A stretch of DNA of 64,000 bases, from positions 23,870,001-23,934,000 of the forward strand of contig NC_043013.1 in assembly GCF_006345805.1 (NCBI RefSeq), written 5' to 3'. The translations under genes and the position numbers were made by a program. The notes below the pieces were generated by a model that had not been told where the DNA came from, made no database searches, and worked only from the letters and a program-made list of their open reading frames with translations. Of the stretch, positions 24,250 through 36,900 are shown piece after piece. Position 1 is the first letter of the stretch; each line of letters opens with the position of its first letter. The stretch comes from Octopus sinensis (Eukaryota).

Positions 24250-25330
24250 TAGAGGGCCTGGTGAAAGTGCTCAGAGTTAGGTTTGGACCAGATCTCCAGG
24301 TGAATAAGAACTGGGAAGAAGACATGGTCAAGGTGGCCAAGCTCACCCAGAAATAGGCAGAAAGGAAGGTGTCTCTGAAAGGCTGGGCAGAAGTAGCTAT
24401 TGTAGACATCACCTTGGTAGTCTGCTACCATTTAGCCATTGTACCTTATCCCAAGAAAACTCTGATCAGATTGGAGTGCTTGTGTTTTTGATGCTGATGG
24501 AAGGGTTAGGTTCAACTGGTCAGAAAATCAACCTGCTGTCAACACCCACTCTATGGTGGTCTTAGGATGTCATCCCCAATGATGTGTCACCACACATTGA
24601 GGCTGATGCATCTGCAGAAATATCTAAATCACTGCAATGGTATGAACATTGGTAATGAAAACGGGCAAGCTGGTGTGGGCATCCTTTGTGTAACAGGCAT
24701 TTTGGCAGCTCATCTCATTGACTGAGCTGTAGCCATGGGTCGAATGTAGACGAAGATTTGGTGTTTGGTATACAGAATGTTGCCAGGTGTTTACCAGCTG
24801 GACAAAGCCATTATCAGGAAAACAACACAAGATTTCTATAGGGAATGGTTAGGGGTATGAACAACGATGGCCTAGGATTAACTCTGGACATCAATAAGAA
24901 TAGCCTGAGTGGTCTTTTCTGGAGGGCTTTCAGGTCGAAGACCATGGACAATTTTCAAAAGTTTTTGGCATTTCCTGTTCGAGACAAGCTCTTCAGGCAT
25001 GAAAGTGCCGACAGTTGAACCTGCCTGAGATGCTTGTAGGGAGATTAAGCCATCCAGCATGCCATCATCCAGTGTGTGTGCACTTGTAATTTATGGGCTT
25101 GTGTTGAGCAGCTGCTATCGTGTCCAAGACGAACCCAGCTGCCATCGAGTGTATAGTGAAGATTAATGCAGCATCTTCCTTTGGCAGAGATGAGAGGCAG
25201 GTGTTGCTCCAGTGCAAAAGGTTGTGTAGTGGACCTGTCAGAAAGGTTTGAAGACAGGTACTGTCCTATCTGGCCTGGCTCTTATTAATTTCTCCAAATA
25301 TCATTTAAAGAGGAAGGTGAGGATAGAGAG
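24250..25330 (+). pseudogene. Degenerate L1/Tx1-clade LINE ORF2 C-terminal fragment
   Basis: GPDLQVNKNWEEDMVKVAKLTQK*AERKVSLKGWAEVA (cf. W..R.LSL.GR) and CQHPLYGGLRM (cf. GGLG). Higher GC than the flanks. Confidence 0.65.
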
Positions 25331-28149
25331 GGAGATGTTACTTTCTAGCTTGTTTATCAAAAGATGGATGAAAGTGGCAAGAGACTGGTGAGGTTGATCT
25401 ATACAAAGCCCAATATACTCATCATGACTACCCATATATATATATATATATATATATACCAAGCCCAATATATGAATATATGAAGCCCAATATACTCATC
25501 ATGACTACCTATCTGATAAAGGTACACCAAGCACATATATCACAACTATATGTGCTCAATATGGTGATCTCATATCAAGATAAACAGTGCATGATCTTGC
25601 AGGTGGGGCCCAGTTAAAATTTTCTTCAGGTTGAGTAGCTCATCCTGTTCTAAAGGTCCCTGAATAAGAGCTATTTAAAGATGATGAACAACATCAGCTT
25701 AAATTTATTAGATATTGCTTAGCTCCAAGTTTACCTTGATAGAGCAGGCCTCTGATCAAGGTATTCTTACTTGTAACCATCCTGTATTTTTGTATGTTCA
25801 ATGTAGTCTTCTTCACTTAAAACGCTAAAGTGCAAATTGAAAGAGATTTGGTTGCTATTTTTAGCAGCTTGAGTTACTGCATGGAAACTGTCTCACTGCA
25901 GTGTCATAAATTTAGTTGTAGTTTTTAGAGTTTCGTTCTCAGATTATTGATTTCAAGTCTCAACTTATTCTAAATCGTTGTCTCGCTTTTTGCGTACTAA
26001 GTTTGGCTAATGTTTCAACTATAATTACTATACGTAATTCACTTTATAGTCATTATCTTAACATCTGTTTGTCTGTGATGGCATAATTGAATGCAATAGG
26101 GTGTGCACCATACTACAACATGGTGTACACCTTTCTTTTCTGCCTGCATCATCTATGGAGGTTTATTTTTCTTGCCATGTCTTCTTTGGTCTGTTGCTAC
26201 TAAAGCTATTACTTCTCTTCAGCTCTTGTACTTTTACCACCACCAAGTGTTGTCCATTCACACTCTTGCAATAAATGCTGTTAGTGCCCAGCTTAGCTCT
26301 ACTCTGTATGTGAGTTCACATTACATTGCCATAATAATCAAATTCTTTTTTTTTTTCTCTTAAGTTTTTGCAAATCTTTCACATTTTCTGAACTGCTTCC
26401 TCTTTCTTATTTTAGCAATAACTACCTTAATCATATTTGTTTGTTACTTAAGTCTTCTGTTACTGTTGCTATCACCACCATCAACATGACTGCACCACCT
26501 ACTTGCTACTAATGACTTCTCTACATCTGGCTTTAGATACTAAAACCAACAATCTGCCTAGAATCACAGTGCACCTTTTGTATAACTTTTGTTAACATAT
26601 TATACATGATGTTGAATCATACCAAATCTATTTATACATAACAAGCAAAATCACTAAGTTTTTATACTTTTTGTTATCAATTGCAACTTTGACATTTGTC
26701 ATGATGACCTTTAGGACTTTTGACCACTGACCAGTCTTTCAATTTAGGAACTTTTTTAGCATCTCTCTCTCTCTCACATTCTGTTATGAGAACCAAGTTG
26801 TTAGCTCATAGATGTTCCTGAAGACATCCAATCTTAATTTTCAATGTATATTGCTCCTAGGACTACTATAAATAGACATAAGAGATGGGGACAAAACCCT
26901 GGTGATGAGTACCTTTTCAAAAAATTCTATTCTACCATTTTTAGAAGATCCTCTATCAATCTTAAATTTCTCATAGCCATTCATCTATTTTCTTAATACT
27001 TAACAGGTCGCAGTATATGGGACTGTGTTAAGAGTTTTTCTGTTAAGAACTGAAAAGAAGTTCTATTTGTTCTAAGAGTTAAGAACTTCCTGTTGTGTCA
27101 GTAGAAATTGTGTCATTCACTTCTACACTACAGTATATTCTGAAACAACATCTTATCCAACCTCAGTTTGTGACACCACCATATTCATAGCTTGGCCATC
27201 AGTTTAACACCTCTGCACAGACATCTCTTTTGTGTGTTTCCCATTGTACTTATGGCAGTTGCTGACAACACTGCTCTGCCACTCAGCAGAGATAAACACC
27301 TTCCCATGTGACCTTGTTAATCCTAAACCAACGAAGGAGACAGTTTGAATAGCTGTGAAATCTTCCTTAAACCACACCTGACCATCTTGAGAACCCTAAA
27401 CTATCGAAATGGGCATGGCTAAAATCCCTTTGCCTCTTCAGTAAGAATTAGGAGCTAACAAGATGTTCCTGATTCAGCAATTAAAATTACATGTGGACTT
27501 GTGACATAGCCTGATGCTTAGCCATCTCAGCATTTGTTGTCTTCATATTTTACTAACTATAACTGTACTAAACTCTGCTTTTAATATTGGTCTTGTTACT
27601 GTCACTAGAACAAATGAACTTGTATCTCTTTGAACAATGGTATCATGGTATTTACAAAAGCAATTGTCTAATGAGTCAAAATATTTCTTGTCTCTCATCC
27701 TCATAGCTTCGAATATCAGCAAATTTGCACTTCACTGGAGTAAATGTTGTTTGCCACCTACATTTCTAGCCTTACTCTCAGCAGCTTCCCTCATAAATAA
27801 TAATTTCTCTAAGAAAAACATAGTATTCTAGCCATAAGCATTTTAAATATCAAAGGATTTGTATTTGATAAGTGTTATTTACATTTGTAGGTTGAAAGAT
27901 GGTAAATAAAATGAATAAATCCATACAGAACATCTGCTTCTGCCTCTCAGTTTGCTGTGTTGTTCAGTCATGACAACTTGCAGAACTGTTTATTTTTTTA
28001 TATAACTATAAGAAGCATTCATTATTTAGGGCTTCCATAAAACATTCAATAGTGCCAATCTCATTGACAGGTACTGCTGTCTACAAACTGTCAAGTATTT
28101 GATGCTATCACAGTTGTCATTGATTGGTACACAAAGACAACTCAGTTTT

Positions 28150-28560
28150 CATACGAATTATTTTAAGGGACACAAATGATAACTCAGCTTTTAAATGGTT
28201 TACTAATTCGGTTGTTGCCAAGGGTTTTTGCCTGTAAGATTATTATGGATTAGGGTGGGTTGCATGTGTTGTAAACAAGGATGAAACTTGTGAACATTTT
28301 ATAATAAATTTATTTAAGGAATGGCTGCACACATATAATATACAGGGATTTTCAGGTACTCACTGGTTGAGAGACTGAGGATATAAAGATCAACTTTCAT
28401 AGTGTCATTAATTCAACAGTCATTAATGGCTGACTTTAGAGACAGGAATGAATTGGTCTTGAAGGAAAATTGAGATGGAAGTTTATCCAAATCTTCTCAC
28501 ATCTCTGGATTTGCTTTGGGCAAAAGTAAAATATGTCTTTAGCCTTCTTTGCCCTTTGTA
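28150..28560 (+). pseudogene. Very old mariner-like transposase remnant
   Basis: Near 28476-28517 it reads WEVYP..LTSLDL after frame correction, resembling WEVLPHPPYSPDL. Weak. Confidence 0.35.
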
Positions 28561-29705
28561 ACATAAAGATATCATATATTACACCATTTTCTATGTTTTT
28601 TACTCTTATATCCAAAATATAATTTTCAAGTCTCTAAATTTGTATTACACTAAATATTTAGTTGACTAAAACTCATTTAATTATCAATACATTTAGTTTA
28701 CATACTAAATAAGCAGCTGCAAACAATCACCATTGCACCGAATTAGCATATTGCTCAGTGACTAACGAGGTATATTGATTTAATTTTTGTAATAGATTTA
28801 CATCATTACAGGGTCACTCATAGCTCAGAAATATATTGATTATGAATACCATAAAGCTTTCTTTCTTTTATTATTATTGTTAAATGCATCTTCTAAATAA
28901 AGATTCATGAATAACCTTGCATTAAAACAAATATATCTCTATGTTGGAAGAAAAGTCAAAGAGGTAGATTTACCTCTTGTCTATCCTCTCAAATCACCCC
29001 CACAAAGTCAATTTTTTTTTTTTTATATTTGTAAGATATAGGAGATCCCAGGTTAATGATTCAATTAATTTTTGGTTTGTCTCTTCACAATATATCCTTG
29101 TTTATATTTATTTGCTTAGCTGCTGCCCCTAGTAAATCACTTTCCTTGTTTCTTTGGTCACATTGACATAAAACATCTACTGTTGTTTCTAACTTATTCC
29201 CCCATTATCAACTAAAACCATCTTTCTATATTTACTAAGCTTAGCCGCTTATCTGTTTTCCAGTGCTTGTTGTGAAAGTCATTTTTTTTTTTTAAATCTC
29301 AAAATAAAGTATCAAATAAATTTTTGTTTGCTAAAATACTAATCTACTGTTGAAAGTTTGTTGAAAGAAGATATTTTCTTAATCATCTCTTAGATAATTT
29401 ATACAACTTCGTAGTTTTATGCACCACTCACCTTACTAAAAATAATAGTTTTTCCTATAAAATTGGAGTGTTACACATTTTGAAAAGAGATTCAGCACAA
29501 ACCTAATCATTGCTTAAGTTACACAAGTGGAAATGCTTCTTTTAAAAGAGAATTTCTCCATCTATTTTGCTTTATAAATTTATTCATTTTTACTCTTTCT
29601 TCATATTTAATTAATTTATTTATTTCACTTGAATGTGTGTTTTATAAGGTTTTATTAAGAAGAAGACCAGTATGACCAGCTACTAATAATTTTGTACAAT
29701 TGCAG

Positions 29706-29793
29706 GGTATTCTTGGTAGTGTGCAAAGCGGCAAGTCTGCATTGGTTCACCGTTACTTGACTGGATCTTATATGCAGGAGGAATCACCTGAGG
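29706..29793 (+). CDS. AGAP1: Next coding exon (88 nt, phase 0 to 1) of the AGAP/centaurin-gamma gene; G1/P-loop of the GTPase-like domain
   Basis: Acceptor ttgcag, donor G|gtgagt. Translates [29 protein letters not shown](G) with a GxxxxGKS P-loop. In frame with the 20165-20223 exon across a 9482-nt GT-AG intron. Confidence 0.96.
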
Positions 29794-30027
29794 GTGAGTG
29801 ATAATTTTTTTAAATCATTGATAGAGTTTACTCTCAAATATTTAATAACCTGAGTTTTATTTTTGTATCAGAAGAAGCGGAGGGGCTCCCCCGCAAAAGC
29901 ATAATTTTAAGATGTGTAACAAATTACATTTTATGAATGTAATTCTTATATATTCTATCTCTTTTGTATTCAACAGTATCTATATTTCATACTATACTGG
30001 GTCTGTTTAAGGATTGTTTATTGAATA

Positions 30028-31328
30028 TACTTGGCATTTGTTGCTCTAGTGAAAGCCTTTGATAGAATACCTCACTCTCTGATGTGGTGGTCTCTGAGAA
30101 ATTTGAGAGTAGATGAACGGTTTGTGAAAGCAGTACAGGCCATGTACAGGGGTGATGTTAGTAAGGTAAGAGTCAGCCATAGGTACAGTGATGAATTTAG
30201 TGTACTGGTAGGTGTTCATTAAGGTTCAGTTCTCAGTCCCCTCCTATTTGTCATTGTCCTCCTGGCCATAACAGAGGAATTTAAGACCAGCTGTCCATGG
30301 TAACTATTATATGTTGATGATCTTGCCCTCATAGCAGAATCTGTGACTGAATTAGAAAAGAAATTGCAGATATGGAACCAAAACCTGGAATCAAAGAGTT
30401 TTAAAGTTAACTTGGTGATGACCAAGGTGCCTAGTAAGCAAGAATCAGATAGGACCCTTCCTCATTCTGGTAAATGGCCCTGCTTGATATGTGGGAAATG
30501 TGTAGACAGAAATTCCATTTGGTGTGCCTAGTGCAAGATATAGACACAGAAGAGGTGCAGTGGTATGGTAGGGAGGTTAACAGAGAAAGTAGTGTTTGTA
30601 TGTGGAAGATGTACAAGAGCCAAAAAGACTACAGATACATGGGAAACTGTTTCTCTCAAATGTCCCAGAGGCTCTCTGTAAGTTGTAAATAATTTCTATT
30701 ACCTAGGTGACCTGATTAGCAGTGGAAGAGAATGTACAGCAAGTGTAATTGCTAGAGTAAGAATATGATAGGGAAAGTTCAGAGAGCTTTTACCTCTGTT
30801 GGCAACCAAAGGTCTTTCTCTCCTCCCAAGTGAAAGGAAGATTGTATGATGCATGTGTACAAACTGTAATGCTGTATGGTAGTGAAATGTGGGCCCTGAA
30901 TGCAGAGGACATGTGAAGACTAGAGAAGAAAGAAGCTGGTATGCCCTGCTGGATGTGCAGTGTAAATGTATATGTTCGTCAGAATGCTAGTGTATTGAGA
31001 AAAAAGTCAGGCATAAGAAGGATTATATGCAGTATGCAAAGGAGGAGACTGCACTGGTTTGGTCATGTGATGCATATGGGTGAGGACAGTTGCTTAAAGA
31101 AATGCAGATCACTCAAAGTGGAGGGAAGTTGTGGAAGAAGGAGACTCCTAGAAAACAGGACGAAACATAAAAGGCACCCAGTACACTCTGTAATGTGGTT
31201 GGCATTAGGAAGGGCATCCTGCTGTAGAAACCATACTAAAACAGACAAACGGAGTCTGGTATGACTCCTGTCAAGCTGCTCAATCCATGCCAGCATGGAA
31301 GATGGACGTTAAATGATAACGATGATAA
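30028..31328 (+). mobile_element. 5'-truncated degenerate RTE LINE (RT, Cys-rich insert, C-terminus, (GAT)n tail)
   Basis: AFVALVKAFDRIP, VGVH*GSVLSPLLF, LYVDDL, MLYGSEMW, RRLHWFGHV, then the tail motif. Multiple stops and frameshifts. Confidence 0.93.
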
Positions 31329-31913
31329 TTTTTAAAAGTATAACTTTCTTAATCACAAGATAAAATAAAAACTATTTTATGATAAAATAATTTTATCTTA
31401 GAAGTTGATAAAAGCTAACCTGAAAATTTCTCTAGTCCTTAACAATTACATACAGAATCCTTATATGTACCAGAATCCTTTTTAAGAACTTTAATTTATT
31501 GTAAAATGTTATTACTGTACTGTTAATAACATTTGGTATTTGTGCCTAGAATTATAAAAACTGCATATTTACACAATTGCAGTGTTATTAACATTGCTTC
31601 CTGCGGAATTAAAATCTTCACAACTGATACAGCTAACCTATAACAGTAGCTATCTAGAAAATTTCATCTAATTGTGTAATAATGACCCAGAACATTTAAT
31701 GAGATCAAAGTGTTTTGAAACCATCATTGCTCACATGGCTTTAGGTTTCCTAATTGTTTCTTCATTAACTAGCAGATATTACCAGTAACAGCTAGCAACA
31801 ACATACAACTTCATTCTTTGAAAGTATGTTCTTTAGATGTAATTGTTGCTTAGATAAGGAGTAAATAAAAAAATTAAAAAATGGTTTTGAAATTTGACAG
31901 TGATATCACTTAA

Positions 31914-32132
31914 CCCTTTAGTGTTCTGATTATTCTATCAAACATAATGCTTATTGATTCCCATTGATTTGAATTAATCATGCATTATCTCATATCTTCA
32001 AGATCTTGATGGTGTAATTACTTAATGTAGAATAACATTGTAGGGTAGGTGTGAGAGCCTGGATCTGGTCAGTTTGAACATAAAACAGATTAAATATTTT
32101 GGCCGGATATGGCCGGTTTAAATACTAAAGGG
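31914..32132. mobile_element. piggyBac-type MITE (219 bp)
   Basis: TTAA at 31910-31913 and 32133-32136; CCCTTTAGT...ACTAAAGGG termini; reverse-orientation homologue of 1691-1910. Confidence 0.92.
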
Positions 32133-32138
32133 TTAAAG

Positions 32139-32365
32139 CAGTGGTTCTCAGCCAGGATCCATATAAGATTTTGTTGTTAAGGTTTATATTCAATAAATTG
32201 GATACACATTGACAATATACAGAATTATAAATTTTTTTTTATACAATTTCTAAAAATATTTAATTATAGAAATAGAATTTATTACACATCAAGTGGCTGT
32301 GAGGGTCCGCTCAAGTAAAAGGGGAAGCAAAGGAGTCCACAAGTAAAAAAGGTTGAGAATCATTG
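32139..32365. mobile_element. hAT (Buster/Charlie-type) MITE
   Basis: TIRs CAGTGGTTCTCAGCC / GGTTGAGAATCATTG (12/15). The 8-bp TSD ACTTAAAG is intact on the right (32366-32373) and split by the piggyBac MITE on the left. Confidence 0.85.
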
Positions 32366-32438
32366 ACTTAAAGGTTTAAAAATTCTGGGGGGCAAAATTA
32401 TTGTATAAATACTAATAATTTGTAACACTGAAATGTGT

Positions 32439-32439
<1 letters not shown>

Positions 32440-32496
<57 letters not shown>

Positions 32497-32510
32497 CACA
32501 CACACACACA
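32440..32510. repeat. (CA)n microsatellite
   Basis: Direct inspection. Confidence 0.97.
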
Positions 32511-32514
32511 GATA

Positions 32515-33743
32515 CAGGATGCAATGGGTAAATTGTTGCCAGTTTATATATTTTTTTTCATGCATTGTTTGTTTGTAATTTTGTTGACTGCACAGTAAAG
32601 TAGGGTCAGTTGGGTACTGTCTGTGAGAAAAACAGCATCATGACACAATTCACTCTGCCAGAAATTTGGAAATGACATGCTATACTGCTTGGCATTCGTG
32701 TCAGAAGCTCCAATACGAACATATCAGAGTGTTTGGGTGTCAATCTGAGGACAGTGCAGAGGATTTGGAAAGAGTTGGATGAGTCTAATGGTGACTATGA
32801 AGGTACGGTAGCCTGGAAAACTCACTCTGATCATTCTGACAGGAAAAGAACTTCTGATTTTCTAGGTGAGATCCAGGCCATGATTGGCAACAATACCTCC
32901 ATGTCAAGCAGGTCCATCGCCAGGGACATGTGAGTGTGTGAGTTTCTTATCAGGCGGGTAGTGCATGAAGACATTCAGCATTCCTCATACAAGATGAGAA
33001 AGGGCCAATTTTTATCCCAAACCATCAAGGACAAGAGGAAAGATCATGCTATGAAGCTTTTGAACAAACTCAAGCATCCCCTCCAATCGAACATGCTTTG
33101 GCTTTTCTCAGACAAGAAAAAATTCTGCCAAAACATCTACCGAGAGTGATAAAAATCAAACATCCAGTCAACATCATGGTGTTTGAAGTGATTGCTAGTG
33201 ATGGCAACATTATGCCTCCAGTCATCTTCCCACATGGCCTCAGACTCAACACAGAGGCCTACATTAAGTGTCTGATCTGGGTCAAGAGGGTGGCTGCTGG
33301 AAGACCCTATGACTGACAACAGGACTCTGCACCATGCCACACAAGTAGGAGAACCCAGTCGCGGCTGTCAGACAATTTCTGCAACCACATCACTCATAAC
33401 ATCTGGCCACCTAACTCCCCAGACTGCAACCACCTTGATTAGTATGTGTGGGGCATATTTGAGTGAGAGACCAACAACAAAACTCCTTGTTACACCAAAG
33501 ATGAACTGAAGGCAAGGATTATGACAGCATTCACCAACTTAAACAAGGAGACCATCCAGAAGAGTTGCAGGATATTCTGAAGTTGTCTGGAAGCCGTGGT
33601 TGAAGCCAATTTTATTGAATAAATTTACTCTTTAGCATTTCAAGATATTTTTATGTAATTTTGGAAAATATATCAGTTAAAAATGTGATGTCAGTGTTAT
33701 TTTCATTTTTGCATAATTTAGACAATTTATTCACTGCATCCTG
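32515..33743 (+). mobile_element. Tc1/mariner superfamily DD37D (maT) transposon with pseudogenised transposase
   Basis: TA on both flanks; TIRs CAGGATGCAATGGGTAAATTGT / ACAATTTATTCACTGCATCCTG. Transposase remnants LFSDKKKF and QQDSAPCH...WPPNSPDCNHLD, with 37 residues between the last two Asp. Confidence 0.92.
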
Positions 33744-33824
33744 TATATATCTTTATATATAATTAATCAATAGAATTCCAACTTAATCTGATTCACGTTT
33801 TATTATTTACAATTTTTACAATTG

Positions 33825-33972
33825 TACAATATCGAAATAAACTAATATGTCTATGCGTTATGCAATTATCAGGTTTATGTAGTGACAGTTGTCAATTGTG
33901 GAACACGACTGTCACTACAGAAACCTGATGATTGCATAACGCAGAGACTTATTAGGTTATTTTGATATTGTA
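33825..33972. repeat. Long inverted repeat (68-bp arms, 12-nt spacer); fold-back/MITE-like
   Basis: 33825-33892 is the reverse complement of 33905-33972 with 7 mismatches by manual alignment. Confidence 0.92.
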
Positions 33973-36900
33973 AAATTTTATATACAATCATACAAACTCA
34001 GATATACATTTATAGATTTCTTTCTGTATTGCTGGTAATAAAGGTTTACAATGATAACATTTTGTTCCTTCTTTTGATAACAAGTCTTTTGTAACAAAGC
34101 TTTTTTAGTTCATCTTTTGCTGAGTTATAAGGAAAACCAAATCTTTTGGGACCTAAATCCAGCCAAATAATAATGAAATTACTGTGCAATTTAAATGTTT
34201 CACTGAACTTCATATCCTGAAGTTTTATTACAAATGATACATAATAGAGCTGGACTTCCATAGATTATGTTAAGTATATGCTAAGAATGCTTTATTAAAG
34301 TGAAGTGTGAAGAACTTGAAAGCTTCTTTTCTTTTTTTTTCATTTACTTATTTTAGTTTGGATTGGATGTTTTATTTAGATATTTGTGTTGGTCTATTAG
34401 GAGCACCACCACAATCATCATCATCATCATCATTATTTAGTAGAATCTAAAAAGAACCCCATGCAACATTGACAAAATTTCTAAAAACAACTCCTAACTA
34501 TTTTGACAGCAACTCCTTCTGAAATATCTACAGATTCAGTTCAGTGATACTAATCCAGCTGTTTCAAAGAGTTTCTATTCAAATTTAAAACTTTCATCAT
34601 ACAATTCATTGTGTTTCAAGCACCAGTTTAAATATAGAACACTATTATTTTGGTTCATTTCCTAAATGTCTCCAAATTCTTGATTAAAAAAAAAAGTTAA
34701 TTAAAGCACATAGACAGTGCATTTCATAATAAATATAGTCACAAAGATTGAAGTTTGGTAGTGGTATATATTTAATATATCTTTATATAACTGAAGTCAG
34801 AAAAATGTTCTTTGTTGATCTGCAAGAATATTTTGTTTTATTTTGTATTAATCCAGCATTTTTGAAACTATAAACTTTTCAGAATATAAGAATGTAGGTC
34901 ACCACTTCCAGTGGTTTTTAATCAATCATTTTAACTTCAATAATTTGTCTGGTGCTTATTTTTTTAACCTCATAAGGGAGAAAATTAAAGTAACTTGGAC
35001 TCAACCAGGATAGAACCAAATAATATAAGGTATTATTCTTCAAATTTCTAGAGTGAGGAATTATCATTCATTATACATGGATATATTCAGACAGTGTTCT
35101 TATCTTGGTTGCTTTATCCATTGTACCCTTTGGCCTTCTTCAAGTACCTGTTGTATTTTGAAAAGATTCTCAGAATTTCAGAATGAACCATCTATGGGAG
35201 TAGACTGTTAAAATACTCTATCCCCATTGATGTAATAAAGAGTTCAGTTCAAAATTCTAAGAACATTGTCAAATATGACAGTCACTTACATATATACCTC
35301 AAACCGACCTCTTTGTGCTTCCACTTTAAAGACTTTGATTGACCTGAAGCTATGATCGAAGATGCTGGTCCAAAGTGCCGCACAGTGGGGTTGAACTTGG
35401 AAACACATTGTTGCAAAGCAGACATGTTAAGCAATCAATTCTGATAAAGCCAATGCACTAGACTTGTTTTGGATGTCCTGAGCTGCATAAAAGCATCCAA
35501 GTTTCAGGTTGAGTTGATATAAAATCATTAAAATTTGTATTATTATTATTTTGTTGTTATATAATTAGGGAAGATTTGAATTTTAAAATATCTTTTTCAT
35601 AAAATTCTTTGTTAATTAATATAAGAAGTCTGGCTGTTCAATAGTGGAGATGTCCAGATACCCTTTTTTTTTTATACTGTATGAAGGTTTTGATTTCAGA
35701 TCTATTTGGAATAGTCACAAATATTTCATCACATCAAATTCAATTAAATTAGAACTAATGATATATTGGGATTCTGAAAGCTCAATTATATTTTCTTTCT
35801 TTAAAAAAAAATACATAAATTAAAGGAAGAAGAATTATTTTTTAACCTAATTCATTTTTTTTTTTTCGTTGTTGAATGAAAACGAAAATTGCATTTTATA
35901 ATTTAGCTTAAGTATTATGTAATGCAAACAAATGTTTACTTTACGTAATAAAGTATATAATTATATTTTTATTTGTGTCTTTTAATTAACATAGCCACTT
36001 ATAAATTAGTTTTGAAGCAAGATTCATTAACATTTTGTGTTATATTTTAGAATTTTTGAGCTAAATTCATCTTTGGATGAATTTAAAAAAAATATTCTGA
36101 AAATGGCTGTTAAATTCCACAAGATTACCATTTCAAAACTGTTCAATAGTTTAATAGTTTGGCACTGAACCGAGTTGTCTCCTGTTTGTTCTAACTTAAT
36201 TACCTGCTATAAAATAGAATTAAGGAATATATAATGCATCCAGAATACACCAAAATAGTGCACCAATGATAGAATTTAAGTATATCCTTTCCTCTAAGAT
36301 TAACATTTTATTAATTTAGTCATTATACCTCATCAATGTCTCTCTTAATATTTGAACATTAAAAAAATTGTGAGTGCATAAAAACTGAAGTTGTAATTTT
36401 AAATTATTTTATGAGTGTTTTCGAAAATTTGAAATTACATGATTAATACATTGAATTTGTTATTCAGAAAGTTATTTTCTATAAATGGTTTAAGAAAGGG
36501 GTTTTGATGGGTGGGGAGATTCTTATAATTCTATGGACAGGACATTGAAGAAATGACTATATTCAGTCTTAATTGTATTTACTTGCTCGTCAAAACCAAT
36601 AGCTATTTCTTTCAAATAGATTTACTATGGAAGGCTTGTTAATTGCATTTTTATTTTGTTTTTGAAAGTAAAATTTCATAAGTAAATTTAAATTGCTCAC
36701 AAAATTATAAGCTGACATTATTTAAAAGTATTATTATTATAATATATTTATAAAAAAACAATTTCTCTAAAGTTGTTTTTGATTATACAGCTCCCCCCCA
36801 CCAATCTTTTAAATTTTCGTGGATTTAAATCTAGAACAAGAATTAAAATTCTCTAATCTATGGCTTGGTAATACTACTGCAATAGAAAAACCTGAAGAAT

